64,000 bases of DNA. Source: Heptranchias perlo. Lineage: Eukaryota. This document shows, in pieces, positions 25,640-38,340 of the stretch. Each line of letters begins with the position of its first letter. Positions within the stretch are counted from its first letter, which is position 1. The notes under the pieces were generated by a model that made no database searches, was not told where the DNA came from, and saw nothing but the letters and a program-made list of their open reading frames with translations. The DNA lies in contig NW_027138407.1 in the NCBI RefSeq assembly GCF_035084215.1, positions 992,001-1,056,000 on the forward strand, read 5' to 3'. The position numbers were made by a program, and so were the translations under genes.

Positions 25640-25930
25640 AGAAAGTCTTGCATTTATATAGCCCCTTTCACGACCTCAGGATGTCCCAAATCGCTTTATA
25701 GTCAATGAAGAGCTTTTTGAAGTCTAGTCACTGTTGCAATGTAGGAAACGCAGCAGCCTATCTGTGCACAGCAAGATCCCACAAACAGTAACGTGATAAT
25801 GACCAGATAATCTGTTTTTTAGAGATAGTGATTGGGGGATAAATATTGACCAGGACACCGGATAGAACTCGCCAGCGCTCCTTCGAAATAGTGACCACGG
25901 GGTCTTTTACGTCCCCGTGGGAAGGCAGAC
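25640..25930 (-). mobile_element. Deu-domain SINE with L2-type tail
   Basis: ttgcatttatatagccc...ctgtgcacagcaagatcccacaaacag...; abuts the 5'-truncated V downstream. Confidence 0.75.
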
Positions 25931-26070
25931 ATCCGTTTCTCTGCAGAGCTCCAAACCTCGACTAAATTTGCCAGTTTAACCTCTCGGGGCTGCAGCTGAC
26001 CGACACTGCAGTTTATTACTGTGCCCTGAGTCTCAAATGGAAACCAATTAAACCCTCGTACAGAAACTCC
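25931..26070 (+). pseudogene. 3' fragment of a TCR V with a damaged heptamer
   Basis: RFSAELQTSTKFASL..QLTDTAVYYCALS; spacer and nonamer (ACAGAAACT) match the paralog at 10691 but the heptamer core is deleted. Confidence 0.75.
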
Positions 26071-26696
26071 CACCGCTTTGTTGATCAGATCGGTGGTCAG
26101 GTGCTGACACGGTGCCGAATGACGCTCTTGTGAGTTAACACACACTGAGATGAACCCAAAGGGCAGCCCCTTGTGTGAAGGGACTCACAAGAAACTGATT
26201 TTGTAAATCTCGGAGGAATGTCCTGCACAGCCAATCAATCGGATAGGTTGAGTTTTTCGGTCAGTTAGACGAGGCAGGAGATGGGCTGGAGATAGCGTCA
26301 CATCGGGCCCTGAACAAGAGCAAAATAAACCACCGGAAATCTGTTTGTACCTGTGCATTAGCTTCTATTGATTTGTGCACCTGAACACCAAAATCGATTT
26401 ACACCCCCACAGGAGTGTGAGTCAATAACACGTTCTGGAAGATAATTCCACATTCCCACGTCCCTCTATGCAAATAATGTTTTCTAACCATAAAAATGCC
26501 GTCTTATATTAAAAGCAGGTGCTAACGAGGTTAATGCTGCCGTATTTCCATTGAATGATTAAGCAATAAATGGAGACCATTTCTGATGGTACTCGGTTGA
26601 ATTCATATCTTTCATCATGGAAATTGCTTTTATATTAATACAACTGACAACCTATGGTTTTCTTTTTTTTCATAAACGTAGAACTAGGTAATCTAG

Positions 26697-27050
26697 GTAG
26701 GATGCACTGCAGCAATTCGCCAAGGCTTCTTCGACAGCACCTCCCAAACCAGCGACCTCTACCACCTAGAAGGACAAGGGCAGCAGGCACATGGGAACAA
26801 CACCACCTGCATGTTCCCCTCCAAGTCACACACCATCCCGACTTGGAAATATATCGGCCGTTCCTTCATCGTGGCTGTGTCAAAATGCTGGAACTCCCGA
26901 CCTAACAGCACTGTGGGAGAACTTTCACCACACGGACTGCAGCGGTTCAAGAAGGCGGCTCACCACCACCTTCTCAAGGGGAATTAGGGATGGGCAACAA
27001 ATGCTGGCCTTGCCAGCGACGCCCACATCCCATGAACGAATTAAAAAAAA
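26697..27050 (+). mobile_element. 3' fragment of the Zenon-like LINE
   Basis: Near-identical to 52078-52420 (HCSNSPRLLRQHLPN...), ending in an A-rich tail. Confidence 0.9.
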
Positions 27051-27264
27051 TCGAATGTCCTGTTTTGTAGGATATGCGTAAAGAGAAGACGGAACAGAGT
27101 GATGATGCAGTTTAAACTTAAAGGGGAAGGCGAGCTGCTCTGGGCTGAGTCCTACCGGTTCGGTAATGTTGTACACTCAGAAGTAAACAGCTTTTAAGAA
27201 TCTGGGAGTTAATTCAATTGGCTAACTGGAATTTCAACATCACATTAACTGAGAATTGTTAGAA

Positions 27265-27690
27265 AGAAAGACTTGCATTTATATAGCGCCTATCACGACC
27301 CTAGGACATCCCAAAGTCCCACTTTTGAAGTGTACTCACTGTTGCAATGTAGGAAACAGGGTAGTCAATAAGCGCCCAGCGAACTCCCACACATAGCAAT
27401 GATATAATCCTTTTTAGTGGATTTGGTTGAGGGGTAAATATTGGCCAGGACTCTGGGCAGGCCTCCCTTGCTCTTTTTCGAAATAGTGGCCCTGGGATCT
27501 TTTATAACCACCCGAAAACTTCAACGTCTCATCCGAAAGACAGCACCAATAACAGTGTAGTTCTCCCTCAGTGCTGGTACGGAGAGTGTCGGAATAGATT
27601 ATGGGTTTAAATCTCGAGATTGGGACTTGAACCCACAAGCTTCTGATTCAGAGGCGAAAAAGCTAACACTGAGCCACGGTTGATAGCTAG
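27265..27690 (-). mobile_element. Deu-domain SINE (SacSINE1-like), near full length
   Basis: tRNA-like head (gtgggttcaagtccc on minus), Deu core, L2-type tail. Confidence 0.75.
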
Positions 27691-27788
27691 TGACAAGAGT
27701 GGGTTCATTTGAACTGGTCGCACAGTCTGCGGCAGCTTTATTTTGCTGAGGTTTTTGTACAGCGAGAGATGAGTTTTAAAACGCTGTG

Positions 27789-28231
27789 AGTCTCAGCCCG
27801 CAGAAATATACGGCGGTGTCCTGGATTTCCGTTCGAGTGATCGTTAAAGGAAACTTCTTTGCTGAGTTGGCCTGGCCGGCTTCGAATCTTCCCTTAGCGA
27901 AATCCGCCTCCTGTTTTGCGCTGTTATCCCGATATAAAATAAAACGTGGAGCCTGGTTCGCGTGCGACCGGTACCAGTACAGATCGGGGTTATTGTGGCC
28001 TATAGTGTAGCTACAGTTTATTTTCGCATCATTTCCTTCAGCGACATAGAGCGCGGTCTGAGGTTGCGAAACCGAATCTGCCTGAATCTCCCCTGAAATA
28101 GAAGTAAACTTAGGGTTGAATACAAAACTGATTTAGAAAGTCTATTAACGCCACATTTATGCAAACAAATATAAGGCATGGTCATACCTACCGAGCATAA
28201 ACCACAACAACACGAGATGATGGTACGACAT
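27789..28231 (-). CDS. TRAV/TRDV: TCR alpha/delta V segment, apparently functional (leader 28192-28231, V exon 27789-28092); missed by the ORF track
   Basis: MSYHHLVLLWFML|GEIQADSVSQPQTALYVAEGNDAKINCSYTIGHNNPDLYWYRSHANQAPRFILYRDN...DTAVYFCGLR; RSS CACAGCG-23-ACAAAAACC at 27788-27750. Confidence 0.93.
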
Positions 28232-28764
28232 GGGTTCTATTATATGTTCTATTGTATGTACACCAGCAATCCCTTGGAATGTCAGTTATAATTCCTGTTG
28301 CAATAAGTTATAGTGAGTAAAATAAGAAACTGTTCGACAGGAAGGTATCACAGAAGGTGACGAAGTATCTATTGCTATTCTGCTCCTGGTAAAAGGTACC
28401 GAATGTATTAATTGGGTAACAACATTTTAACAGGAGCGTTGATTCGTCAGATGTATTTCGTCTACTTCCTCTCCGCATCATTCAGAATGTCACTCAACAG
28501 ATTAAAGGAAGAGAGGTACAAATTAGGGAGGGGCACTACTTTAGGCGGTATTTCTGTTTGGTTATGCATTCCTCACTCCACACCTCCCGACCGCTCTTGT
28601 TCAAAAAAATAAAATATTCGGGGGTTGCAATATAAATATTGATCGTTTTTTTCATCTCCTAGAAAGAAAAGTAATGAAAAAACGTGAACGAGAGAAAGAA
28701 AGTGGGAGAGAGGAGAAACAGAATGAAATAGAGAAAGGATGAAAAACGATGGCGAAAAAAGGAA

Positions 28765-30935
28765 ACAAACAGGCCATTCGGCCCAACTGGTCCATGTCGG
28801 CTTTTATGCTCCACCCGGGCCTACTCCCACCCTTCTTCAGCTTACCCTATCAGTATACCTTTCTATTCCTTTCTCCCTCATGGGCTTATCCAAATTCCCC
28901 TTAAAAGCATCTATGTCATTTGCCTCAAGCCTCAAGTATTCCTTGTGGCAGCGAGTTCCACATTGTCACCACCCTTTGGGTGAAGAAGGTCCTCCTGAAT
29001 TCTCCAATGGACTTATTAGCGACTATCTTATATTTATGACCTCTAATTTTAGACTCCCCCACAAGTAGAAACATTTTCGCTACGTCTACCCTGTTAAACC
29101 CTTTCATTATCTTAAAGGCCTCTATTAGGTCACCCATCAGCCTTTTCCTTTCTAGAGAAAGGACCCCCAGCTTGTTCAGCCTTTCCTGATAAGTGTATAG
29201 TTTCAGTTCTGGTATCATCCATGTTAATCTTTTTTTTACCTTCTCCAGTGCCTCTATATCCTTTTTATAATATGGAGACCAGAATTGTGCACAGTGCTCC
29301 AAGTGTAGTCCAAACAAGCTTCGTCACAGTTTAGCATAACTTCTTTGCTTTTCAATTCTATTCCGCTAGAAATGAACCCCAGAGCTTGGATTGCATTTTT
29401 TACATCCTTAATAACCTGCGTCGCTACTTTTAGTGATTTGTGCATCTGTATCCCTAGAATCCTTTGCGCCTTTACCCAATTTAGAGTCTTATTATCCAAG
29501 CAATATGTGGCCTCCATATTCTTCCTTCCAATGTGCAACAACGCATCCTTATCCATATTAAAATTGATGTGGCAATTACACGTCCATTCTGCAAGTTTAT
29601 TGATGTCTGCTTGTATTTTGCCACATTCTCCCTTTGTATTGACTACACCCGTCATTTTGCTGTCATCCGAAGTCTTTGAAATTGTACTTCCGATTCAGGT
29701 GTACTAGTCGTTAATAAATTGTGAGCAACAGGGGTCCCAGCACCAATCATTATGGAACACCACTTCCCACATTTTGCCGGTCGAGTAGCTACCCTTAAAC
29801 CCTACTCTTTGTTTTCTGTTTTTGTAGCCAGCTTGCTATACATTCTGCTTCGTGCTCTGACCTTACCCACGAGTGTACAATGTGGTACCTTATCGAAGGC
29901 CTTTTGACATTCCAGATATATAACATGTACTACATTACCCTTGTCTACTTTTTCTGTTACTTCGTCAAAGAATTCAATAAGTTTGGAGAAGCATGACTTT
30001 CCCGATGACAAAGTCAGGATGGCATGTGAGTTATGGAATCATAGAATCATATAGAATCATAGAATCATAGAAGTTTACAAGATGGAAACAGGCCCTTCGG
30101 CCCAACATGTCCATGTCGCCCAGTTTATACCACGAAGCTAGTCCCAATTGCCTACACTTGGCCCATATCACTCTATACCCATCTTACCCATGTAACTGTC
30201 CAAATGCTTTTTAAAAGACAAAATTGTACCCGCCTCTACTACTGCCTCTGGCAGCTCGTTCCAGACACTCACCACCCTTTGAGTGAAAAAATTGCCCCTC
30301 TGGACCCTTTTGTATCTCTCCCCTCTCACCTTAAATCTATGTCCCCTGGTTATAGACTCCCCTACCTTTGGGAAAAGATTTTGACTATCTACCTTATCTA
30401 TGCCCCTCAATATTTTATAGACTTCTGTAAGGTCACTCCTTAACCTCCTACTCTCCAGGGAAAAAAGTCCCAGTCTATCTATATAGCACAGGTGGAGGAC
30501 ATTAGGCCCACCGTTTCTGTGCTGGCTCTTTGAAAGAGATATACAATTAGTCCCATTCTCCTCCTCTTTATCCACAGTCCTGAATTATTTCCCTTTCAAG
30601 TATGTATCCAATTCACTTTTGAAAGTTATTATTTAATCTACTTCAACCACCTTTTCAGTCAGTGCATTTCAGATCATAACAACTTGCTGCATAAAATAAA
30701 TTCACCTGATTCCCGACCTAGATTTTTTTGTCAATTATCTTAAATCTCTATCCTCTGGTTATCGACCCTACTGCCAGTAGAAACAATTTCTCCCCTTCTA
30801 CTTTATCAAACATCCTCATAATTTTGAACACCATTATTAAATCTTCCCTTCTGCTCTAAGGAGAACAATCCCATCTTCTCCAAGCCCTCCGCATAACTGA
30901 AGTCCCTCATTCTTGGTACCACTCTGGTAAAATAT
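28765..30935 (-). mobile_element. Cluster of at least three CR1 LINE fragments
   Basis: Peptides KAFDKVPH, LHLEHCAQFWSPYYKKDIEALE and GHRFKVRGERYK...FFTQRVVSVWNELP; (atagaatc)n tail at ~30035-30070. Confidence 0.88.
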
Positions 30936-31107
30936 GACAGGTGTTTTTTTCACGATTCCCTCAATGACAAATATTTTTCCATGATTTGCTCGACCGCAGA
31001 TGTTCTTTCATGATTCGCTCGATCACAGTTGTCTTTGTTTAGCTTGTGGGATGGTATTTAGTTTGGCGAGATTTTTGTGCAGAGTGGAGCCATTTTGAAA
31101 TACTGTG

Positions 31108-31645
31108 ATCCTCATGCCGCCGTAATACACGGCGCTATCTTTCGTCTCTGCTGCAGAATTTGATAAAGGAAAAACTTGATATTTATTGAAATGACGAACA
31201 TAAAGTCGGCACCCTCTCGCCTGGTGTTATCACGGTATAATATAAACTGTGGTGTCTGGTTCTGGTACAATCGGTACCAGTAATGATTGGGATCATCTGA
31301 ACTGGTGTTGTCGATACAACTTAATTCATGATTATCTCCTTCAGATGCCTTCAGCTCACGTTGAGGCTGCGTCACCGAGCTTCCTTGGATTTTACCTGTA
31401 ATAAATGATTTAAATCATCAGTTCATTCCCCTCTTCATTAGCAGCATTTAAACCAGAATAGGGAACACATATCATTACCTACCTATTACAAGGGACATCT
31501 GGAGCATTCACACCAGCATAGCCACACATATAACAATTTACCCATTACAAGGGACATCAGGAGCATTCATAGACGCACAGGGAGCACATATCTCAAGGTG
31601 TCTATTTAAAGGGACATCAGAAACAGGCCAAGCGGCGCAATCTCT
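31108..31645 (-). pseudogene. TCR V pseudogene, inverted paralog of the V at 8908
   Basis: VTQPQRELKASEGDNHELSC...FILYRDN; start ATG>ATA, frameshifting deletion, YYC>YYG; RSS CACAGTA-22-ACAAAAATC at 31107-31070. Confidence 0.9.
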
Positions 31646-32352
31646 ATTATGATTCTAACATATTCAGGTCCCTGATGTACAAGCTGTGTTAAACATGTGC
31701 CCAACACAGTTGAGCTTTTCTTCCTTGGGTCTAAAGCAGGCCAATTATACGCCTTGAAGCTATTGTGTTGCAAACAGCAGCAATGGCCACGTGACATCAA
31801 ACAAAGGCACTTAACGTCTGTCATGTTGGATGGCATAGATCGCTTCTGTGCGTGTTTACATCAGCGATTGAATGGGGGGATAGGGGCAATAGGCAGAGGC
31901 AAGGATTCCCAGGGGATCATGGAATCATGCCACGTTGTTCTTGAAAATACTGATGTGTAGAGTGCAGCAATTTTCAGATCAAAATTTGAGTTGTGCTCTT
32001 AAGTCAATTACACTTCCATGGAAAATATGCGTCTTTCCTTTTATCTATCTAACTAAATATCTATCAATTCATTCGTCTACCTATCTATCTATTTATCTAT
32101 CTATGTAACTACCTATCTATTTCTATGTGTGCGTGAGGCCCTTGTCTGTCCATCTATTCACTCTGTATGTTGTACAACCAAACATAGGAAATCTCAGTTA
32201 ATAGGTTTCGCTGCAATTTATTTGTAGTATATCTATAGGATTTTCTAACTTTATCCAGGTGGAAGTTCAATTGTGAGAATGTAGCATTTCTGAATATCAC
32301 TGGCATTTCTAAGTGATCGCAGTGTCTTTTTTCTGGAGTTCAGACTGGAAGC

Positions 32353-32815
32353 ATGGAGGTGAAACTGTGCCTGACTCTGTTTATTGTCCTGAACACAGGT
32401 CGGTGATATTGGAACCTTCCTACAACATTTCCCAATCCTCATACAATTTCCCATCTCCATCTCCATGTGATTATTCATTCTCTGTTACTCCGTCTAACCA
32501 ACTGTGTATCCGCTGTTTATTTCAGAGATGAATAATGGGGACTCAATGTCCCAGTCAGAACAATGAATTAGATCAGAAGAGAATGCAGATTCAGCAAAAA
32601 GCTGCAGTTACTCTGTATCCGGTTCAGCTACAGTCTATACCTGTTCTGGCACCGCCAGTATCCCCAGAAAACTTCTTTGTATCTGCTCAGAGCTGATAAT
32701 TATTGGAATAACGAGACGTCTCCAGGCTTTGAACACGTCAGTGGGAATCTCAACCGGACACAAGTTACTTTTCACCTATCCATGAAAGGCTTGAAGATCA
32801 CAGTTAGCGCCGTTG
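32353..32815 (+). pseudogene. TCR V pseudogene (3' truncated, no RSS)
   Basis: Leader MEVKLCLTLFIVLNT|gt; GDSMSQSEQ*...; paralog of 33028 and 39011. Confidence 0.8.
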
Positions 32816-33027
32816 TGTTTGTATTTCCAATGATCTATTTGAGACTCATACTGTCCACAGGAGGGCGGTCTCTGATCGCCATCTGCAGGAAATGATTGTT
32901 TAGAGAGTCACAAATGGGCAGAAAAAGAAATCCCAGAACATTTAATGAGATCATTTTGTTCTTTTCGTGTCTCCCATCCCAGGCCCGGTAAAGGCAGTCT
33001 TTTGTTTCTGGAGTTCAGACTGGGACC

Positions 33028-33507
33028 ATGGAGATGAAACTCTGCCTGACTAGTTATTGTCCTGTTCACAGGTAGGTGAAATTGGAACCTTCCTGCAATA
33101 TCCCTCAATCCTGATACATTTTTCCATCTCCATGTCTGGCTGATTATTCTCTTCCTGTTAATCCGACTAACCCGCTGCGTATCCGCTATTTATTTACAGA
33201 GATGAGTAACGGAGACTCGGTGTCCCAGTCTGAATAAGGAGTCGGATCAGAAGGGGATGCAGATTCAGCAATAACCTGTAATTACCCCGAATCGGGTTCA
33301 GCTACAAACTATTACATGTTCTGGTACCGCCAGTTACCTCAACGAGCCCCGCAGTATCTGTTCAGCGCCGAGAGTTATGGGTATAACGAGGCGGCTCTGG
33401 CCTTTGAACACTACAGCGGGAATCTCAACCAGATGCAAGGGACTTTTTACTGATCCATGAAAGGCTTGAGGATCACAGGCAGCGCAGTGTATTACTGTGC
33501 TCTGAGT
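33028..33507 (+). pseudogene. TCR V pseudogene (tandem copy)
   Basis: GDSVSQSE*GVGSEGDADSAITCNY...MFWYRQ...YYCALS; decayed RSS (cccagcg...acaaaagca). Confidence 0.82.
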
Positions 33508-34059
33508 CCCAGCGTGAATAAGGCTCCCTCTTTCGTCATACAAAAGCAAGGCACAGGTCGGCATCAAGTGTGGGCCCCAGGAAAATAATCCCAGAGAATT
33601 TGTGCGGAAAATAAATAGGAAAATACAGCCTGATTAGGGCAGTTTTCTCCCGTTTATATCAGTGTTGGGAAATGTGGCAATTCTATTTCATTCTAATTCA
33701 ATGTCAAAATTAGCCCCGCGTTTGCACAGACCAAACAACTCTCTGGAATGTGTAATAATATCAATCTGTAATTCAATGTCTTGGGTCTGCTCCATTTCAC
33801 CTTTTAAAAGGTATCGCACCTCAAAGGGTGGTTTCCGGGGCATGACATCTCAAAGCTTCCAGGATCAGAGTGGGAAGGACATTGTGACGGGCTGAAATAA
33901 GAGCCAGGTTTGAAGCTTTGACTCTACTTGCCATGTCCCTCACAAACTTAATGTAGCGGCTATTAATGGAGCTCACAGACTATGGAAGGAACTAGTGATA
34001 TCAGAGATTGAATCAGTTTGGATATTTCCTCGCTTTCCATCTTCATTGAATGTGAGCGA

Positions 34060-34320
34060 GAGAGACACATAGAGAGAGACAGACATAGAGGAAGAAATAT
34101 AGAGTCAGGGAGACAGACGGAGAAAGAGAGGTAGGGAGAGAGAAACCGAGACGTAGAGAGAGGGATAGGGAGGAGGTGACAGAGGTGGGGAGAGGCACAG
34201 AGAGAGAGAGAGAAAAAAACGAGAGGCATAGAGTATGTGTGTAAGAGAGAGACAGACAGAGAGAGAATAGGAGTAAGTGCATGAGGCAGACACACAAAGA
34301 AAGAGAGAGCGAGCGAGAGT
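34060..34320. repeat. GA-rich low-complexity tract
   Basis: (GA)n/(GACA)n. Confidence 0.85.
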
Positions 34321-34544
34321 GATAAAAATGGGCATTGAATAAGTTTGTTGAGAGCCAACAGTTTATTGGTGCGCAACTGGTGTCGGTTGTGAGAGACCAG
34401 TCAATCATAGCCTTGGGAAACGCCCCTCAGTCGCCCAATAATTGAAGACTTCCCCTGATCTGAGTTTAATCTTCAATATCAGACTAGAAGGGCCAACATA
34501 TTTAAACATTCTACTATTTTCTGTCCAACTCTAAAACAGGCACC

Positions 34545-34979
34545 ATGTGCTCCCTGTGTTCCTTACTGATAATAATGATCGTGCTGCCCGGTGAGTCTAT
34601 ATTTAAATGGTCAGTGTGTGTTTCATGGATTATATTTACTCCCAGCCTTTTAACGCATTCTGTATTTTGCTACAGGAACAAGTGGCGAAGATTCAGTATC
34701 CCAGGATCCATCTGAATTAACAGTTCAGGAAGGACAGACCATAATGCTGAATTGCAATTATTCGACAGTGTATACCCCAACTCTCTTCTGGTACATCCAA
34801 TATCCCGGGGAAGCTCCGAGATATTTACTGATGAGATATGGCTCCAGGCAGGGAGATAAGTCTCCAGATTTCCCAGACCGGTTCTCTGCTGATTTGGACA
34901 AAGAGAAGAAAACGGTCCCTTTAAATATCTTAGGGGCTCTTGTCCCTGACTCTGCCGTGTATCTCTGTGCACTGAGCCC
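34545..34979 (+). CDS. TRAV/TRDV: TCR alpha/delta V segment, apparently functional (leader 34545-34590, V exon 34676-34979)
   Basis: MCSLCSLLIIMIVLP|GTSGEDSVSQDPSELTVQEGQTIMLNCNYSTVYTPTLFWYIQYPGEAPRYLL...DSAVYLCALSP; RSS CACACTG-23-ACAAAAAAT at 34980-35018. Confidence 0.94.
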
Positions 34980-36349
34980 CACACTGTTACAGAGGCGCAG
35001 TCAGTCCGTACAAAAAATCAGCAAAGGCCTCTCGCCTGCTCTTACTGAATTGTGAACTGAAAATAGAACAGAAACTAAACTGCAAAGAGAAACAGATGGA
35101 TCCATAAATAGATGGGTAGATAATTAAATAGATAGGAAGGCAGAGAGATAAATAATCTCCCTATCCTGACTTTCTCTTTCAATCATCAAATCTCCTTTGT
35201 TTGAAAGTATCTATCCCATGCAGACAAAATAGAGGCCGTGTGAATTCCAGCTGCGCCGTCTGCGAGTGTAAAACGCGGAGTGTTTCGCGTCTCAGTAACG
35301 GGTTTGTTCTGGTTCATTTTGGAGCTGGACGATGAGATAGTTGGACACGAGAGCTGTTTCAATTATCACTCAGCGTGCCCGACCGCAGCGACACCAAAAG
35401 GTCCATCAGATTGCGAATCGGCTAAAAAAGTTAACTCGGAATATTACTTTAAATTAAACTGTGGAAGTAGCACCTGGGGTCACGTGTTCAAACTAGGACA
35501 GGTCCGTTTGGGAACTGATATCAGGAAATTCTTCAGACACTGGGAGAGATCAATGTGTGGAATCAGTTGCAGATGGAACGGCGAAGGCAAAAACCCTGGA
35601 ATCATTACAGAAAGTGATGGATGCTAAAATGGGGGAGAGGCAGTTAGGTTCTCTCTGGATGAATAAACTAAGAGGTTCCGAATTCTCTCTCCCATCCACA
35701 ACACGGGAATTATTCTGTGATCTCGCAGAATTGCACCTTGCATGTAGTCGCCACCAGAGGGCAGTGGGAAGATGCGTTCACTGTGTTAGTTTCAGTGTTG
35801 GGCCGAGTTACAGACTGAGAACATTGTTCAGTTACTTTATTTAAGAAAAGGGATTAAAGAAACAGGTTCGGAAATAAAGGAATTAATTTCAAATGGAAGG
35901 TGTGTTGTATTCTAAACATTATTATGAATTGTTAAGGCATTATTAATGACAACATGTTGTAAATATTTTGCGAAGCAGCTTACTCCAGTATCACTGAGCC
36001 CATCTGCTGTTCACACCGTCGCATTCTGCTCAAACCTGTCAGTGACTCCCCATTTTATTCATATAAAAGGCGGAGTCTGTCTAATTTACGACAACATTGT
36101 ATTCAAACCCCTTAGGACCGGCTAGCCTTCTATAAGCCCCCTTTGTATCGGTTGTGGATAGTTCTAATGTGTCAGCGAACAGCTCTTTTAATGGGAGCCT
36201 CCGGCACTGATACCAGAACAACAGTAACTATGTCCCTTCACTGTTCCACCTTTCAGATTGACCCTGTTAAAGGGCCAAGATTGGGTTTAACCCCCGTTCA
36301 ATTCTCTGTTGTGAGGAGAACAAGTTCGCTCCGTTCGCCGCTTCCCTTC

Positions 36350-36470
36350 TGACGTCATGAATCGGAGAACAAAGGAGCTGCGAGCTCATTGGATAAAATG
36401 GAGAACAAAGGACCTGTGAGCTGATTGGATGAATTAGAGAACAAAGAAGCTGTGAGTTGATTAGATGTCA
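36350..36470 (+). promoter_or_regulatory. V promoter: full CRE (TGACGTCA) plus 3 x 36-bp repeat carrying AACAAAG and ATTGG motifs
   Basis: TGACGTCA at 36350-36357; repeat units start at 36364, 36400 and 36436; ~130-250 bp upstream of the ATG at 36603. Confidence 0.65.
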
Positions 36471-36602
36471 CCTGCTGACTCTGTTAGGAATGAACCAATC
36501 GGCAGAGAGCCCGGATATTACTCACCATCTTCCCAACTCTTGACTAAAATAATTCCAGGTTCAACACGTTCTGTTCAAATCCACCATCAACTCTCTGCAA
36601 AC

Positions 36603-37132
36603 ATGTGGGGTGTTACTTTTTATTTATTCGTCACAGCTACAGCTCTACTCACTGGTAAAGTTTACAAGTTACACAATTTTCCTCTTGCGGGTGCCATTGA
36701 GATAGAAAATGTTTCTTTTACTGCTGTTTCCTCTCTATTTTCAAAGCATGCCGTCACCTTTACGGAATGAGTTATCATAAGATGATGATAAAAGCTTAAA
36801 GTTCTATATTTCTAAATTTCTGCAGGTGTTAATTGTGTAGACTCGGTCTCACAGTGGCCGGTTGCAGCGATGCACATTGAAGGAGACACGGTAACCATTA
36901 CTTACAGCTATTCTACCACTGATGTTTCGTATTCCTTACAACTGTACCGTCAGGACGGGGCCAACGCCCCCACATTCCTGATCTACAGCCCTTCCCACGG
37001 GGATGTTTTCAGAGCAGATGGCGTGGGTGCTCGATTTTCCGCATCTCTCGACAGTTCGAAAAGCGTGGGGAATTTCACCGTCCGCGACCTGCGATTGTCT
37101 GACAGCGCTGTGTATTACTGCGGGCTGAGAGG
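36603..37132 (+). CDS. TRAV/TRDV: TCR alpha/delta V segment, open ORF lacking the first conserved Cys (leader 36603-36654, V exon 36826-37132)
   Basis: MWGVTFYLFVTATALLT|GVNCVDSVSQWP...TVTITYSYS (Cys23>Tyr)...LQLYRQ (Trp41>Leu)...DSAVYYCGLR; RSS CACATTG-22-ACAAAAACA at 37133-37170. Confidence 0.85.
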
Positions 37133-37948
37133 CACATTGACAGGAACATAGGGTGCCTCGTACAAAAACACTGCCGGAATGTGACAACATGAATGGGATA
37201 GCGGGCAGTGTGGGGCGAAACGGGGACTGTCAGTACTTTTCACAGGAGAGTGTCGGTGTAAAAACAGGCAAATCCACAACAATCCGGCTAACAATACAGC
37301 ACAGGAATAATCATGTTCATTGTTATTAATAATAACCGTGCTGTTAATTTCATAATAAGAGGTTTGATGGGACTGTGCTTCCAATTCCTGTTCATTTAAT
37401 GGGCACCTTAACTTTCAACTTTAGGGAAACTAATATGAAACCAGTTCTCATTCTCTGTCTCAGGCCTTTTGTTGCAGTCGGCAGGAAATGAGCTGAATGG
37501 AGGCGACACATTCGGTACTGGTTCAATCTGCAGAGAGACCCTTAAATGAATGACAAGAACGGCCGAGAATCAGATCCCCGTTATTCCGCTCCTCAGCACA
37601 TTATGGGGAACACCAATGTTTTTCCGGCTATTTCTTTTAAGGTGCGAGTTAGGGGTTAGTTGCTCCCATTTCGATAAATTTCAAACCTCTCTGATCATGG
37701 GCTGAGATTTCTTCTGTCACGTGATCTCTGCCTTCCGTTGTGCCTGTTGAGGACGTTTGTCAAGAAGATCGGTCCGAGGACCGTTCTTCGACCAGGCAGT
37801 CTCTTGCCCAGGCGTTCTATTCTCCCTGAAAATGACGTTCGATGAGCTTTTAATTCCAACTGCACCAGGTGCTTTACTCTGGGTTAGACCGACACTTCCC
37901 ATCCAATAACCAGTTTTTCACAAGAGGCGATACAGTTCAGCTCAGACA

Positions 37949-38340
37949 ATGGCTCCCATGTTGAGTAGGATCATATTTGCTGTGCACGCGTTTTTTTGTT
38001 GTTACCGGCTGAGTATTTTACTTCAGTGATATGTAAAATGCATCTTAATCTTTTATTTTCCTATGTTTTCATGTATCCATTTTTTTTGACGACTCCAGAA
38101 GTCCAATTAATGAGGGCAATGTGACACAGACGGTGCCGTTATTACAGCAGACAGAAGGAGAGACATTAAAATCTATTTTTTTCCACAAGCTACAGAAACG
38201 ATGAGCTCGATTGGTACCGACAACATCCACAGAAAGGGCCGAAGCGTCTCCTGAAGAGACACATTAGTGATATTAAAGAGTAAACTCGGATCAGGGGCAG
38301 GGTTCACATTCTGGGAAACTGAGGGGCATTTCACAGGGAC
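37949..38340 (+). pseudogene. Decayed TCR V pseudogene
   Basis: Leader-like exon, acceptor at ~38098, EGNVTQTVPLLQQTEGETLK and WYRQHP; frameshifts and stop; no clear RSS. Confidence 0.6.
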
